From Bacteroidales bacterium (GTDB lineage Bacteria > Bacteroidota > Bacteroidia > Bacteroidales > WCHB1-69): DNA of 44,640 nt. The position numbers and the translations under genes are program-made. The stretch spans positions 1-44,640 of the forward strand of contig JAEEKL010000256.1 of NCBI GenBank assembly GCA_016282395.1, read 5' to 3'. Below the pieces are notes generated by a model, which saw nothing but the letters and a program-made list of their open reading frames with translations, was not told where the DNA came from and did no database searches. Below are positions 33,749-42,744 of the stretch, in pieces; positions within the stretch are counted from its first letter, which is position 1; every line of letters begins with the position of its first letter.

Positions 33749-36496
33749 TTATTCTTTTAATCTTAAAACATGCAAACCGCTCCCGTATGTTTTTATTTCG
33801 TGGCCTTTTGGGGTGGGGAGCCACACTTCGGCAGTGGTGTTGGCGGGGATGAGGAAGTACCATTCGAGCATGTCGCCGTGACGTGTCCACTGGCTTATGA
33901 TGTTGCCGGACGCGGATTCGTAGGAACAATTTACGAATCTTAGTCCCTTGAGGAAATAGGGCTTTAGCTGGATTTTGCTGTAACCTGGCTCCAGGGCGCG
34001 GATGCCGCCGAGATACTCGTAGTCCCAAAGAATAAGGTCGCCGAGAAGCATCACATGGTTGCCGGAGTTCATCGATGGGTCAGCGGTGTTACCGTTCCAA
34101 AGCTCCCAGATGGTGGTTGCTCCGTTTCGTACCATGTAGCCCCAGCTGGGGTAGGTGTCGTTGGTGGCGAGTTTCAGTGCCAGGTCTCCGCGTCCGCGTT
34201 CCGTAAGTGTACGCATCAGATGCTGGATCCCCACCACACCTGTGGAAACGTGTCCGCCGAACTCTTTTTCCGTCTTGTTGATAATGTTGGCGAAAACTTT
34301 TTCTTCCCACTCTTCTGGCACCATGCCGAAAGTCAGCGGCAAGATGTTGGCGGTCACTGTGCCGTTTTCGTAGTTGGCCGTCGCGGCATCAAAAAACATA
34401 TCGTTGTATGCACTGTAGAAGAATCTTTTCTCGAAACGGAAGAGTTCTATGTCGTCAGTTAACCCTAAAATCTCTGCAAAATGTTCCATGATGTCGCACA
34501 AATAATGGTAGAAAGGGGTGGAAATGGCCCCGCCTTCAGTGTTTCGGAACGGGTCGTTTGAGCGAATCAGTTCAGGAGACTCCGGTGGAACACACCAGTC
34601 GCCGTAACAGTCGCGGTTGATGATGCCGTCTCTTCCGTAGGTCATCCGCATGTGTTCCATCCATCTTTTCATTGCGGGGTAGTGTTTGCGGATAACTTCG
34701 ACATCACCGTAGCGGGTGTATAGCATGTCTGCCACGGTGATGAACGCCCCCGGCCAGGTCATATTGTCGGTATAGCGGCGCCAGTATGCCGGGCAAACGT
34801 CCGACAAGCTTCCGTTCTCCCATTGGCTGTCCTCAATGTCCGTTAGCCATTTGGAGTAGAGCCGGTAGTTGTTGAAGATGTACGATTCGCCGTAGTTGCC
34901 GGTGGTGCGGTCGCCGGTCCAGCCCATCCGCTCGTCGCGCTGCGGACAGTCGGTGGGCATCGACCGGTAGTTGCTCCGGATGCCCCAGTAGGCGTTGCGA
35001 TACACGGCGTTCATGATCTCGTTGGAACACTCGAAAGTGCCCGTGGTGGACATTTCGTCGTAGAACACAAGTCCTTGGAAATCTTCGGGTTTCGGCTCTT
35101 CGCGCAGACCGGTGATCTCTACGTACCGAAAACCGTGGTAGGTGAACATAGGGTGCCATTGCAGAGACGTGCCATGGCGCGTCTCTACAGACGATACAAT
35201 ATATCGATCCGTCGCCTCCGCACTGCGCAAGTTGTCCACATAGAGGGAACTGTCGGGTTTGAGGAGCTCGGCGAAACGCAATGTTATTGTGTCGCCATCC
35301 TGAAAGCGTGATATGTTCATCTCCATATTGAGATAGCCTACCATGTTTTGTCCCAGGTCGAGATACCATTTTCCGTTTTTCTGGAACATGGCGACGGGGC
35401 GCAGCGTGTCCTGTACCTTGATGTTGGGATTGGGTTGCGGAATGATCTTTCCTCCCGGAGCCTCCACCTCTTTCGCGGGATACCAGGATTTGTCATTATA
35501 GCCAGAGGAAGTCCAAGCCCCGAGACTAAACCGTTCGTCGTTCGTTTCACCGTCGAACTCGTTAGACTTCCGGATAGGGCCTTGGTCAGTGATTTTCCAG
35601 CTCTTGTCGCTGACAATCCGTTCTTTGGATCCGTCCATGTAGGTTACTTCCAGTTGAAGTAGCAGACGTGGGGTGCCGTAGTGCATGGCATGTGTCAGGC
35701 CGCCCCATTCCATCTCTTTTTCGTTGTAGCGGACGGTGGTGTAGCGTCCGCCCGCAAGGGTTACCCCGACAGCATTGTTGCCTTTCTTGAGCATGTCGGT
35801 GACATCGTAGGTGTTGAAATAGACCCGTTTGGTGTAATGGGAAAGGGCGGGCTTGAGAATTTCTTCGGGCGCGACCTCCTGACCATTAAGGAAGGCGCTG
35901 TATAGCCCTAATCCGCTGATGTATAGATGCGCTTCGCGAATGTCGCTGTGCAGGGAAAACTCTTTGCGCAAGTAGCGTGCTGCGACGCACGTGTTCCCGT
36001 GGATGTCATCGTTGTAGAAGTCTCCGCCAATCCATTGGGCAGTCCAGTCATCTTGATTTAACAGGCTGATTTCGAATTTGTTCACACTGCTTTGTGCAGT
36101 AACTTGATGGTTGTCTTCTCCGCAGGTAAGGGTAGCGTAAACTCGCCAGTAAGCCTTGTCGCGGCTGTGCAGTGGTGTGCCCTCGTAGGGGATGAACAGC
36201 ATTTGGCTTGAATTCACGACTTTGGAATCCCATAGGTCGCCGTAGCCGTGCCATGCCAGCTCTTCCGAGGAGGAAACAATAATGCGATAGGAAATCTGCT
36301 TTACATTCTCGGCATCGGTCTCGTAATTCCAGCTGAAACGAGGTTGTGCAGTGGCTAATGGCTGCGAACCGTCCTGGTGCTCTACGGTAAGGTTGTTCAA
36401 TAATATAGTGTTGTTCTGGGCAAGAACACCACTGATGCTGATAGTGAAAAGTGCAGTTATAGCAGCAATAAGTATCTTTGTTTTAATGTTAGACAT
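33749..36496 (-). CDS. alpha-L-rhamnosidase (GH78)
   Basis: Motifs AQWIGG, YLRKEFSL, AHLYISGLGLYSAFLNGQEV and DCPQRDERMGWTGD are present. The signal peptide starts at the ATG at 36496 (MSNIKTKILIAAITALF). Confidence 0.9.
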   Translation of the reverse strand: MSNIKTKILIAAITALFTISISGVLAQNNTILLNNLTVEHQDGSQPLATAQPRFSWNYETDAENVKQISYRIIVSSSEELAWHGYGDLWDSKVVNSSQMLFIPYEGTPLHSRDKAYWRVYATLTCGEDNHQVTAQSSVNKFEISLLNQDDWTAQWIGGDFYNDDIHGNTCVAARYLRKEFSLHSDIREAHLYISGLGLYSAFLNGQEVAPEEILKPALSHYTKRVYFNTYDVTDMLKKGNNAVGVTLAGGRYTTVRYNEKEMEWGGLTHAMHYGTPRLLLQLEVTYMDGSKERIVSDKSWKITDQGPIRKSNEFDGETNDERFSLGAWTSSGYNDKSWYPAKEVEAPGGKIIPQPNPNIKVQDTLRPVAMFQKNGKWYLDLGQNMVGYLNMEMNISRFQDGDTITLRFAELLKPDSSLYVDNLRSAEATDRYIVSSVETRHGTSLQWHPMFTYHGFRYVEITGLREEPKPEDFQGLVFYDEMSTTGTFECSNEIMNAVYRNAYWGIRSNYRSMPTDCPQRDERMGWTGDRTTGNYGESYIFNNYRLYSKWLTDIEDSQWENGSLSDVCPAYWRRYTDNMTWPGAFITVADMLYTRYGDVEVIRKHYPAMKRWMEHMRMTYGRDGIINRDCYGDWCVPPESPELIRSNDPFRNTEGGAISTPFYHYLCDIMEHFAEILGLTDDIELFRFEKRFFYSAYNDMFFDAATANYENGTVTANILPLTFGMVPEEWEEKVFANIINKTEKEFGGHVSTGVVGIQHLMRTLTERGRGDLALKLATNDTYPSWGYMVRNGATTIWELWNGNTADPSMNSGNHVMLLGDLILWDYEYLGGIRALEPGYSKIQLKPYFLKGLRFVNCSYESASGNIISQWTRHGDMLEWYFLIPANTTAEVWLPTPKGHEIKTYGSGLHVLRLKE

Positions 36497-36522
36497 ATTT
36501 TTTATTATTGGAATTCCAGCGG

Positions 36523-36530
36523 CAAAAATA
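36523..36530 (-). promoter_or_regulatory. putative -7 box TATTTTTG for the GH78 / AI-2E pair
   Basis: + strand caaaaata; 27 nt upstream of the ATG at 36496. Confidence 0.45.
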
Positions 36531-36843
36531 CTAAAATGTTCTATTTGAGAGAAACAAAAATTTCCAACAATTAACCATGAACTGGCCAAAAATATTTGTT
36601 TGTGAAAAAATCATGGATGTTTTGTGCGAATTTATGCGTAAAAAAAAACAAGAAATACCACAAAAATGTCGTGTGCAAATCAAAAAAATTGTATTGGTGT
36701 GTCTTTTTTGTTGTTTTCTGTGAATTTGTCAAAAAAATATTGTTTTGAGCGGTAAACGAATCGATAATCGCATGTTTTGTTTATATTTTAAATTTTAATT
36801 GATTTATGGTTTTATAATCGGTGTCCCGTGTTGAAAACAATTT

Positions 36844-36851
36844 TATCTTTG
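36844..36851 (+). promoter_or_regulatory. putative -7 box TATCTTTG for the GxxExxY gene
   Basis: Exact match 44 nt upstream of the ATG at 36895. Confidence 0.5.
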
Positions 36852-36894
36852 CGCCAATTGTAATACTAACAATGATAACTTTAAAATAAAGAAA

Positions 36895-37353
36895 ATGAAG
36901 AACTTAAAAGATTACAAGAATACGGTTTACAAAATAATTGGTGCAGCAATGACGGTACATCGTGAGTTAAGCTGGGGTCTGATGGAGGGCGTTTATCAAG
37001 AAGCTTTGCATCTGGAACTGCTTGATTGCGGCATTGAAAATGAAATGGAGAAGCAGATTAATTGTTATTACAAAAACCGATTGATGGATAAACAGTATCG
37101 TATGGATATTGTAGTGGGAGATATTGTGTTGGAGTTGAAGTCTGTCAAAGAGTTGCTGCCTGTCCATCGTGCGCAGCTGTTCAATTATCTTAGGTTGACC
37201 AAAAAGCCGATAGGAATTCTGATTAATTTTGGAGCCACGAGTTTGGAAGGGGAGCGTTATGCTTTCATTGAGAACGAAAACGAGTGTGTTCTGTTAGACA
37301 AAGACATGAATATACTTGTACAAGATACGGACGATGACTCTGATGAATGGTGA
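36895..37353 (+). CDS. GxxExxY protein (PD-(D/E)XK nuclease fold)
   Basis: GLMEGVYQEAL is the GxxExxY signature, and RMDIVVGDIVLELKSVK supplies D...ExK. The acidic C-terminal extension of about 25 aa is longer than I recall being usual for this family. Confidence 0.85.
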   Translation: MKNLKDYKNTVYKIIGAAMTVHRELSWGLMEGVYQEALHLELLDCGIENEMEKQINCYYKNRLMDKQYRMDIVVGDIVLELKSVKELLPVHRAQLFNYLRLTKKPIGILINFGATSLEGERYAFIENENECVLLDKDMNILVQDTDDDSDEW

Positions 37354-37389
37354 TTCGGTAGTAGCTATTAAACGTGAATTACCATGAAT

Positions 37390-37453
37390 GAACCATGAAT
37401 TATCCAAGAATAAAATTATGCGAAATTCATGGATAATTCATGACAATTCGTGT
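37390..37453 (+). repeat. copy 1 of a 64-65-bp direct repeat with an internal 13-bp inverted repeat
   Basis: GAACCATGAATTATCCAAGAATAAAATTATGCGAAATTCATGGATAATTCATGACAATTCGTGT. The arms are CATGAATTATCCA (37394-37406) and TGGATAATTCATG (37430-37442). Confidence 0.85.
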
Positions 37454-37481
37454 TTAGCAAAGAACAAGAATTACGATAAAA

Positions 37482-37546
37482 GAACCATGAATTACCCAAG
37501 AATTAAATTTATGCAAAATTCATGGATAATTCATGGCAATTTATGT
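37482..37546 (+). repeat. copy 2 of the 64-65-bp direct repeat (about 89% identical to copy 1)
   Basis: GAACCATGAATTACCCAAGAATTAAATTTATGCAAAATTCATGGATAATTCATGGCAATTTATGT. The arms at 37485-37498 and 37523-37536 pair with one mismatch. Confidence 0.85.
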
Positions 37547-37554
37547 ACATGTTA

Positions 37555-39009
37555 CTATTTCAGCAACTTGAAGAACTCGACCATCAAGTCCCAGCACATC
37601 TGCACGGTCGCGATTTCGAGCTTCTCGTCAGGAGAGTGAACGCCACGCAATGTCGGGCCGAAAGAGACCATGTCCATGTCGGGATATTTCTCGGAGAACA
37701 GTCCACATTCGAGACCAGCGTGGATGGCCAGCACCTGCGGATCTTTGTGAAAGACGTTGCGGTAAGCTTCTGTCAACACGCGCACAGCTTCCGAGTTCGG
37801 ATTCGGGTTCCAGCCGGGGTAGCCGTCCGAGTTCACCACGTCGGCACCGATCATCCAGAAGGTGGTGGAAACCTTATCGACAATAGTGCGTTTCTTTGAC
37901 TCCACAGAGCTGCGCTGGCTGGTGGTGAACACAACCTCGCCATCCACGATCTTCACCGAAGCCAGGTTGGTGGAAGTCTCCACGAAGCCCGGAATGTCCT
38001 GCGACATGGCGGCCACTCCGTGCGGGCATACCACAAGTGCGTTCAGCACGTCAATCTGAAGGGTTTCTTCCAAAACTTCTTTCACGGCAGCGGCAGGCTC
38101 CACAGCAACCGTCACGCCGGGGTCGGTAGTGTGGAACTCGGCCTTGTATGTCTTGTCCATCTCGGCAAGATAAGCTTTCCAACCCTCGACTTCCTCTTTC
38201 GGCAAAGCCACGATGGCATATCCTTCGCGGGCAATAGCGTTGCGCAGGTTGCCGGCATTGATGTCCGCCACCCGCAAGTTGTAGTCGCTGTAAGAGTTCC
38301 AAAGAATGCGGGCAAGGAGTTTCACAGCATTGCCGCGACCCTTGTTGATGTCGTCACCGCTATGACCGCCCTGCAAGCCTTTAACCTCGACCTTGAAAAA
38401 TTCGCAGTCGCCTTCAACGGGTTCGTAATCAACGGGAACTTTGGCCACAGTGTCCTGACCGCCGGCGCAACCGATAAAGAACTGGCCTTCGTCCTCAGAA
38501 TCGAGGTTGAGAAGCATCTTGCCCTGCATGAATCCGGCTTCCACGGCAGCAGCACCGGTGAGACCCGTTTCCTCGTCAATGGTGAAGAGACACTCGATGG
38601 GACCGTGTTCCAGTTCGTTGTCGTCAAGGACGGCTAACGCGAGGGCCACGCCGATGCCGTCGTCGGCACCGAGGGTCGTACCTTTCGCCTTCAGCCACTC
38701 GCCATCGATATAAGTCTCGATGGCATCCTTGTCAAAGTCGAACACCTTGTCATTGTTCTTTTCGCACACCATATCCATGTGTGCCTGCAGAACTACTGGT
38801 GTGACGTTTTCCTTGCCGGGAGTCGCAGGTTTGGAAATCAGCACGTTGCCGACCTTGTCGCGTTTGGTGGGCAATCCTAACTTCTTGCCGGTCTCCTCCA
38901 GCCAGAGAGACATCTTTTCCTCGCGTTTCGACGGACGCGGAATCTTTGTAATCTCATTGAAATAATAGAAAACCTTTGAGGGTTTCAGGTTCAACATTTC
39001 TTCGTTCAT
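37555..39009 (-). CDS. pepD: aminoacyl-histidine dipeptidase (Xaa-His dipeptidase, M20C)
   Basis: 484 aa. FNEITKIPRPSKREEKM...VVLQAHMDMVCEKN...LGADDGIG...FTIDEETGLTGA is the PepD pattern. Confidence 0.9.
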   Translation of the reverse strand: MNEEMLNLKPSKVFYYFNEITKIPRPSKREEKMSLWLEETGKKLGLPTKRDKVGNVLISKPATPGKENVTPVVLQAHMDMVCEKNNDKVFDFDKDAIETYIDGEWLKAKGTTLGADDGIGVALALAVLDDNELEHGPIECLFTIDEETGLTGAAAVEAGFMQGKMLLNLDSEDEGQFFIGCAGGQDTVAKVPVDYEPVEGDCEFFKVEVKGLQGGHSGDDINKGRGNAVKLLARILWNSYSDYNLRVADINAGNLRNAIAREGYAIVALPKEEVEGWKAYLAEMDKTYKAEFHTTDPGVTVAVEPAAAVKEVLEETLQIDVLNALVVCPHGVAAMSQDIPGFVETSTNLASVKIVDGEVVFTTSQRSSVESKKRTIVDKVSTTFWMIGADVVNSDGYPGWNPNPNSEAVRVLTEAYRNVFHKDPQVLAIHAGLECGLFSEKYPDMDMVSFGPTLRGVHSPDEKLEIATVQMCWDLMVEFFKLLK

Positions 39010-39049
39010 ATTCTTTGTGTTTTAAGTTGATACTTCAAATTTGCGGGGG

Positions 39050-39057
39050 CAAAGGTA
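39050..39057 (-). promoter_or_regulatory. putative -7 box TACCTTTG for pepD
   Basis: + strand caaaggta; 41 nt upstream of the ATG at 39009. Confidence 0.45.
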
Positions 39058-39119
39058 CACTTTTTTCGTCAGTCTCCAACGATTTTCTTTTCAATGTACC
39101 GCCGTGTCCGAGAAATGCG

Positions 39120-39127
39120 TATCTTTG
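39120..39127 (+). promoter_or_regulatory. putative -7 box TATCTTTG for ffh
   Basis: Exact match about 87 nt upstream of the ATG at 39214. Confidence 0.45.
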
Positions 39128-39142
39128 CCGCCGCTTTTTTAA

Positions 39143-39177
39143 TTATGAATCAAGAATCAGGAATGGTTGATTAAAGA
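39143..39177 (+). repeat. 5 phased heptads of the TTATGAA class (TTATGAA TCAAGAA TCAGGAA TGGTTGA TTAAAGA) in the ffh leader
   Basis: Read directly from the sequence. Confidence 0.6.
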
Positions 39178-39213
39178 AGCCTCAAACGATTTAGAACTAA
39201 ACTTGTTATTGCA

Positions 39214-40554
39214 ATGTTTGAAAGTTTATCCGACAGATTAGAACGGTCATTTAAAATACTGAAAGGCCAGGGCAAGATTACCGAAATTAACGTGGCCGAA
39301 ACCACCAAGGAGATTCGCAAGGCGCTTATTGACGCCGATGTGAGTTACGCCATCGCCAAGGAGTTTACCAACAGCGTAAAGGAGAAGGCTATCGGCATGA
39401 ATGTCATCAATGCCGTGTCGCCCAACCAGTTGATGGTGAAAATCACCTACGACGAACTGATCGCGCTCATGGGCAATCAGGCAGTCGATATCAACCTCAA
39501 GGGTTCGCCCGCCATTATCCTGATGGCCGGTCTGCAAGGTTCTGGTAAGACTACCCACAGTGCGAAACTTGCCAATCTTCTCAAAACCAAGCGTGGCAAG
39601 AAGCCCTTGTTGGCCGCCTGCGACGTTTATCGTCCTGCCGCTATAGATCAGCTGCAGGTGTTAGGGCAGCAAATCGGCGTGGAGGTCTATGCCGAACTCG
39701 ACAACAAGAAACCCGTGGAAATCGCAAAGAACGCGGTGAAACGCGCCAAAGACTACGGTTACGATGTGGTCATCATCGATACCGCCGGCCGTCTTGCCGT
39801 TGACGAAGAGATGATGAACGAGATTTCCAACATCAAGGAGGCCGTCAACCCGCAGGAAATTCTCTTCGTGGTGGATGCCATGACCGGTCAGGATGCGGTG
39901 AACACGGCCAAAGCTTTCAACGACCGCCTCAACTTCGACGGTGTCATCCTCACCAAGCTTGACGGCGACACCCGTGGCGGTGCCGCGCTCACCATCCGCA
40001 AGGTCACTGAAAAGCCCATCAAATTTGTCGGTATGGGCGAGAAGATGGAGGCTCTTGACGTGTTCCATCCGGAACGTATGGCTGAGCGCATCCTCGGTAT
40101 GGGCGATATCCGTTCTTTCGTGGAACGTGCTCAGGAGCAGTTCGACGACGAGGAGGCTGCCAAACTTTCCAAGAAATTGGCCAAGAACCAGTTCGACTTC
40201 AACGATTTCAACCAACAGATTCAGCAAATCAAGAAGATGGGCAACGTGAAGGATCTCATGGGCATGATTCCCGGCATGGGCAAGATCATCCGCAACATGG
40301 ATATAGATGATAATGTATTCAAGAGTGTGGAAGTGATGATCCAGTCGATGACCCCCGAGGAACGCGCCAACCCCGACATCATCAACGGGTCGCGCCGAAA
40401 GCGTATCGCACGCGGTTCCGGTCGTGATATTCAAGACGTTAACCGTCTCATCAAGCAGTTCGATGACATTCGCAAGGTGATGAAGGCTGTGAACAACGGT
40501 TCCGGCAAAACAAGAGGGATGATGCGTGCCATGAATGCCCGAGGAAGAAGATAA
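39214..40554 (+). CDS. ffh: signal recognition particle protein
   Basis: GTPase motifs GLQGSGKTT, DTAGR and TKLDGD are present, followed by a Met-rich M domain. Confidence 0.97.
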   Translation: MFESLSDRLERSFKILKGQGKITEINVAETTKEIRKALIDADVSYAIAKEFTNSVKEKAIGMNVINAVSPNQLMVKITYDELIALMGNQAVDINLKGSPAIILMAGLQGSGKTTHSAKLANLLKTKRGKKPLLAACDVYRPAAIDQLQVLGQQIGVEVYAELDNKKPVEIAKNAVKRAKDYGYDVVIIDTAGRLAVDEEMMNEISNIKEAVNPQEILFVVDAMTGQDAVNTAKAFNDRLNFDGVILTKLDGDTRGGAALTIRKVTEKPIKFVGMGEKMEALDVFHPERMAERILGMGDIRSFVERAQEQFDDEEAAKLSKKLAKNQFDFNDFNQQIQQIKKMGNVKDLMGMIPGMGKIIRNMDIDDNVFKSVEVMIQSMTPEERANPDIINGSRRKRIARGSGRDIQDVNRLIKQFDDIRKVMKAVNNGSGKTRGMMRAMNARGRR

Positions 40555-40562
40555 CGGCCACC

Positions 40563-41071
40563 ATGAAAGAGATTTACCTGGCTGACGGCTGCTTTTGGGG
40601 CACCGAACACTATTTCAAACAGATTGACGGAGTGTAGGAAACAGAGACGGGTTTCGCCAATGGCAACACCGAAAATCCGACTTACGAGGAGGTATATGCT
40701 GATTCCACCGGCTACGCTGAAACGGTAAAAGTGGTTTATGACGTGAGTAGGGTAGGGCTACCTTTTTGCTTGACATGTTTTTCCACGCCATCGACCCGAC
40801 ATTGTTGAACCGTCAGGGGCACGATGTGGGCACGCGCTATCGTACGGGTGTGTATTACACGGACGAGGAGGAACTGGCCGTTATCAAACGCATTTTCGAT
40901 GAGAAACAGAAACTGTACGAACAGCCGATTGTGACGGAGATTGCGCCGTTGCGCAACTTCTTCCTCGCCGACGAATACCATCAGGACAACCTTGACAAAC
41001 ACCCCGACGGTTACTGCCATCTGCCGTTGGAGTTGTTCGAGTTTGCGAAGCGGGCGAAAGAGAAGGAATAG
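40563..41071 (+). pseudogene. msrA: peptide-methionine (S)-S-oxide reductase MsrA, disrupted by one nonsense codon and one frameshift
   Basis: The frame from the ATG at 40563 gives MKEIYLADGCFWGTEHYFKQIDGV, then TAG at 40635-40637, then ETETGFANGNTENPTYEEVYADSTGYAETVKVVYDVSRVGLPF. The reading then continues in another frame (track ORF 40766..41071) as LLDMFFHAIDPTLLNRQGHDVGTRYRTGVYYTDEE...EYHQDNLDKHPDGYCHL. The junction is a T5 run at 40763-40767. Confidence 0.8.
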
Positions 41072-41082
41072 TGCTCAAGCTT

Positions 41083-42069
41083 TCACCCCTCAAAATACTC
41101 GAACGCATCCACGATGTCCAAATAGACCCCGTCGAAGCCGGCACTCAAGATGCGGTTCAGGTAACTGTCGCCGGCGCCGCAGATGATGTCCTGCCACTCG
41201 GAACACCAGTAACGGACCTTGTAATTGCCCGGCCACGATGGGTTCTCGCGAGCCAGCCATGCCGGTTTGTGTCGTTTCCACGACGACTGCCAATAATAAC
41301 GGTAATCTTCCGCCTCCCCGATGGACATGTAGCAGATTACCAGCCGTTTGCCACCGTTGGCCTTGTGCTTCAGACGTTCCACTTCCGCAGCGGTGAAGGC
41401 CGTCCCGTCATCGAAAAAAAGATCCATGATAACCATGTCATAGTTGGTGGCTTCCACCGACTCTATAAACTGATTCTTGCTACTGAATTGTTCGGCGTTC
41501 AGTAGATACAGAAAGTTCTGTGTCTCGCTTAGTTTGATGATGTCCTGTGCGTTTTCGTGAGTGGGCGCACCTGCGGGGATGACATCCAACTCTCGACTGG
41601 GCGCGGCGAATGAGACAAAACACTCTGCATCGCAGCGACTTCGGGCATCGGCCACGTGATCGGGACGGGAACAGTAATCGGTCACTAAGATGCGGTTTCC
41701 CGTCTGCTGCGAGCGACGGAGGTAAGAGAGCAGATAGTCGGTTTCGTCCGACGGAGTGGGTTTGTCGTCGCGTGAATAGCCGTAGAAAAGATCTTCCTGC
41801 CCATGCCCGTCGATGGCAGCTAAATAGGTTTCGGCCAGTTCCGAATGGGCATCGTCACCCATCGCCACTAATTCGATGCCGTTCTGCGGAATGACCACAA
41901 AGTCAGCATCCTGCGTTCTCGCCGTTTCGCTGATACGGATCACAAAATCGCGCATCGCCTGCCGGTAGTCGTCGCAAGGCTCCACATTCGATCGGTTGCA
42001 GGCCACAGTAAGTAGCAACACCACCCCAAGGCTGAAAAGACGGACAAAATATAGCCGATTCCGTTTCAT
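41083..42069 (-). CDS. GH114-like (TM1410-type, endo-alpha-1,4-polygalactosaminidase family) lipoprotein
   Basis: Lipoprotein signal ...LLLTVAC. VICYMSIGEAEDYRYYW...WPGNYKVRYWCSEWQDII...GFDGVYLDIVDAFEYF matches the GH114 TIM-barrel pattern from recall. Confidence 0.65.
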   Translation of the reverse strand: MKRNRLYFVRLFSLGVVLLLTVACNRSNVEPCDDYRQAMRDFVIRISETARTQDADFVVIPQNGIELVAMGDDAHSELAETYLAAIDGHGQEDLFYGYSRDDKPTPSDETDYLLSYLRRSQQTGNRILVTDYCSRPDHVADARSRCDAECFVSFAAPSRELDVIPAGAPTHENAQDIIKLSETQNFLYLLNAEQFSSKNQFIESVEATNYDMVIMDLFFDDGTAFTAAEVERLKHKANGGKRLVICYMSIGEAEDYRYYWQSSWKRHKPAWLARENPSWPGNYKVRYWCSEWQDIICGAGDSYLNRILSAGFDGVYLDIVDAFEYFEG

Positions 42070-42079
42070 GAATTATGAA

Positions 42080-42652
42080 TTAGAAAGCCCGCTCGATGAT
42101 TGGCTTCAGAATTTTCACGCCGGCGAAGCGATGGCCCTGCTGGTCGAAGTAGTTGAAGTCCTGACAGTCGGGGAAACGTTGCTCAAGATGGTGGTGGTCG
42201 CCGAGCAACTCGTCGTCGGTGGAGAGGGCGAAATGCAGCAACGTGCCGTCACATTTGAGCTTGTCGAAGACTTTCCGCTCGAAGTCGGCGAATTTGGCCA
42301 GATCGGCGGCGGTGAACTGGTACTCCTCTTTCGTGACATAGTTTTTCTGCTTGCCAAGGTGCTTCGCCAATGTCTCCGACGGACGGATGGTGGGGTTGAT
42401 GATGACCGCTGGCAGCTTGTGCTTCATGGCACAGTAGATGGCGAAGAAGCCGCCTAATGACGTTCCCATCACCAAGTTCACGCGCTGGACGCGCACCATC
42501 GAGTCGAGTTTCTTCTGCACATCGGCGGGATTTTTGTAGTCGAACGTGGGCGACAAAACCTCGCATTCGGGAAACATCTTCTTGATTTCCATCGACTTGT
42601 GTCCGCCGCCTGCGGAGTTGAAACCGTGGATATAAAGAATCTTTTTGGTCAT
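42080..42652 (-). CDS. YqiA-like esterase (UPF0227, alpha/beta hydrolase)
   Basis: ILYIHGFNS and the nucleophile elbow GTSLGG are present. The start is at the ATG at 42652 (MTKKILYIHGF). Confidence 0.7.
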   Translation of the reverse strand: MTKKILYIHGFNSAGGGHKSMEIKKMFPECEVLSPTFDYKNPADVQKKLDSMVRVQRVNLVMGTSLGGFFAIYCAMKHKLPAVIINPTIRPSETLAKHLGKQKNYVTKEEYQFTAADLAKFADFERKVFDKLKCDGTLLHFALSTDDELLGDHHHLEQRFPDCQDFNYFDQQGHRFAGVKILKPIIERAF

Positions 42653-42744
42653 AAACTTTGTTTTGAGGTGTCTAAAGTATGCTTTTTTCAAAAAAGAGGC
42701 AAACATTTAATAGTCAATGATTTGCCAGTAGCCTCCAGCCAACC

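Noticed and set aside
37388-37639. An 83-aa ORF across the 64-bp repeats
   Set aside because: It is the translation of the AT-rich repeat (..NSWIIHDN.. twice) and overlaps the pepD 3' end.
39661-40434. A 257-aa - strand ORF inside ffh
   Set aside because: It is a shadow ORF antisense to a gene with complete SRP54 GTPase motifs.
40635-40637. Recoding (selenocysteine or pyrrolysine) of the in-frame stop in msrA
   Set aside because: The stop is TAG, not TGA, and it is not at the catalytic Cys (GCFWG is intact). No Pyl machinery or SECIS-like hairpin is seen, and a second lesion (the frameshift) is present.
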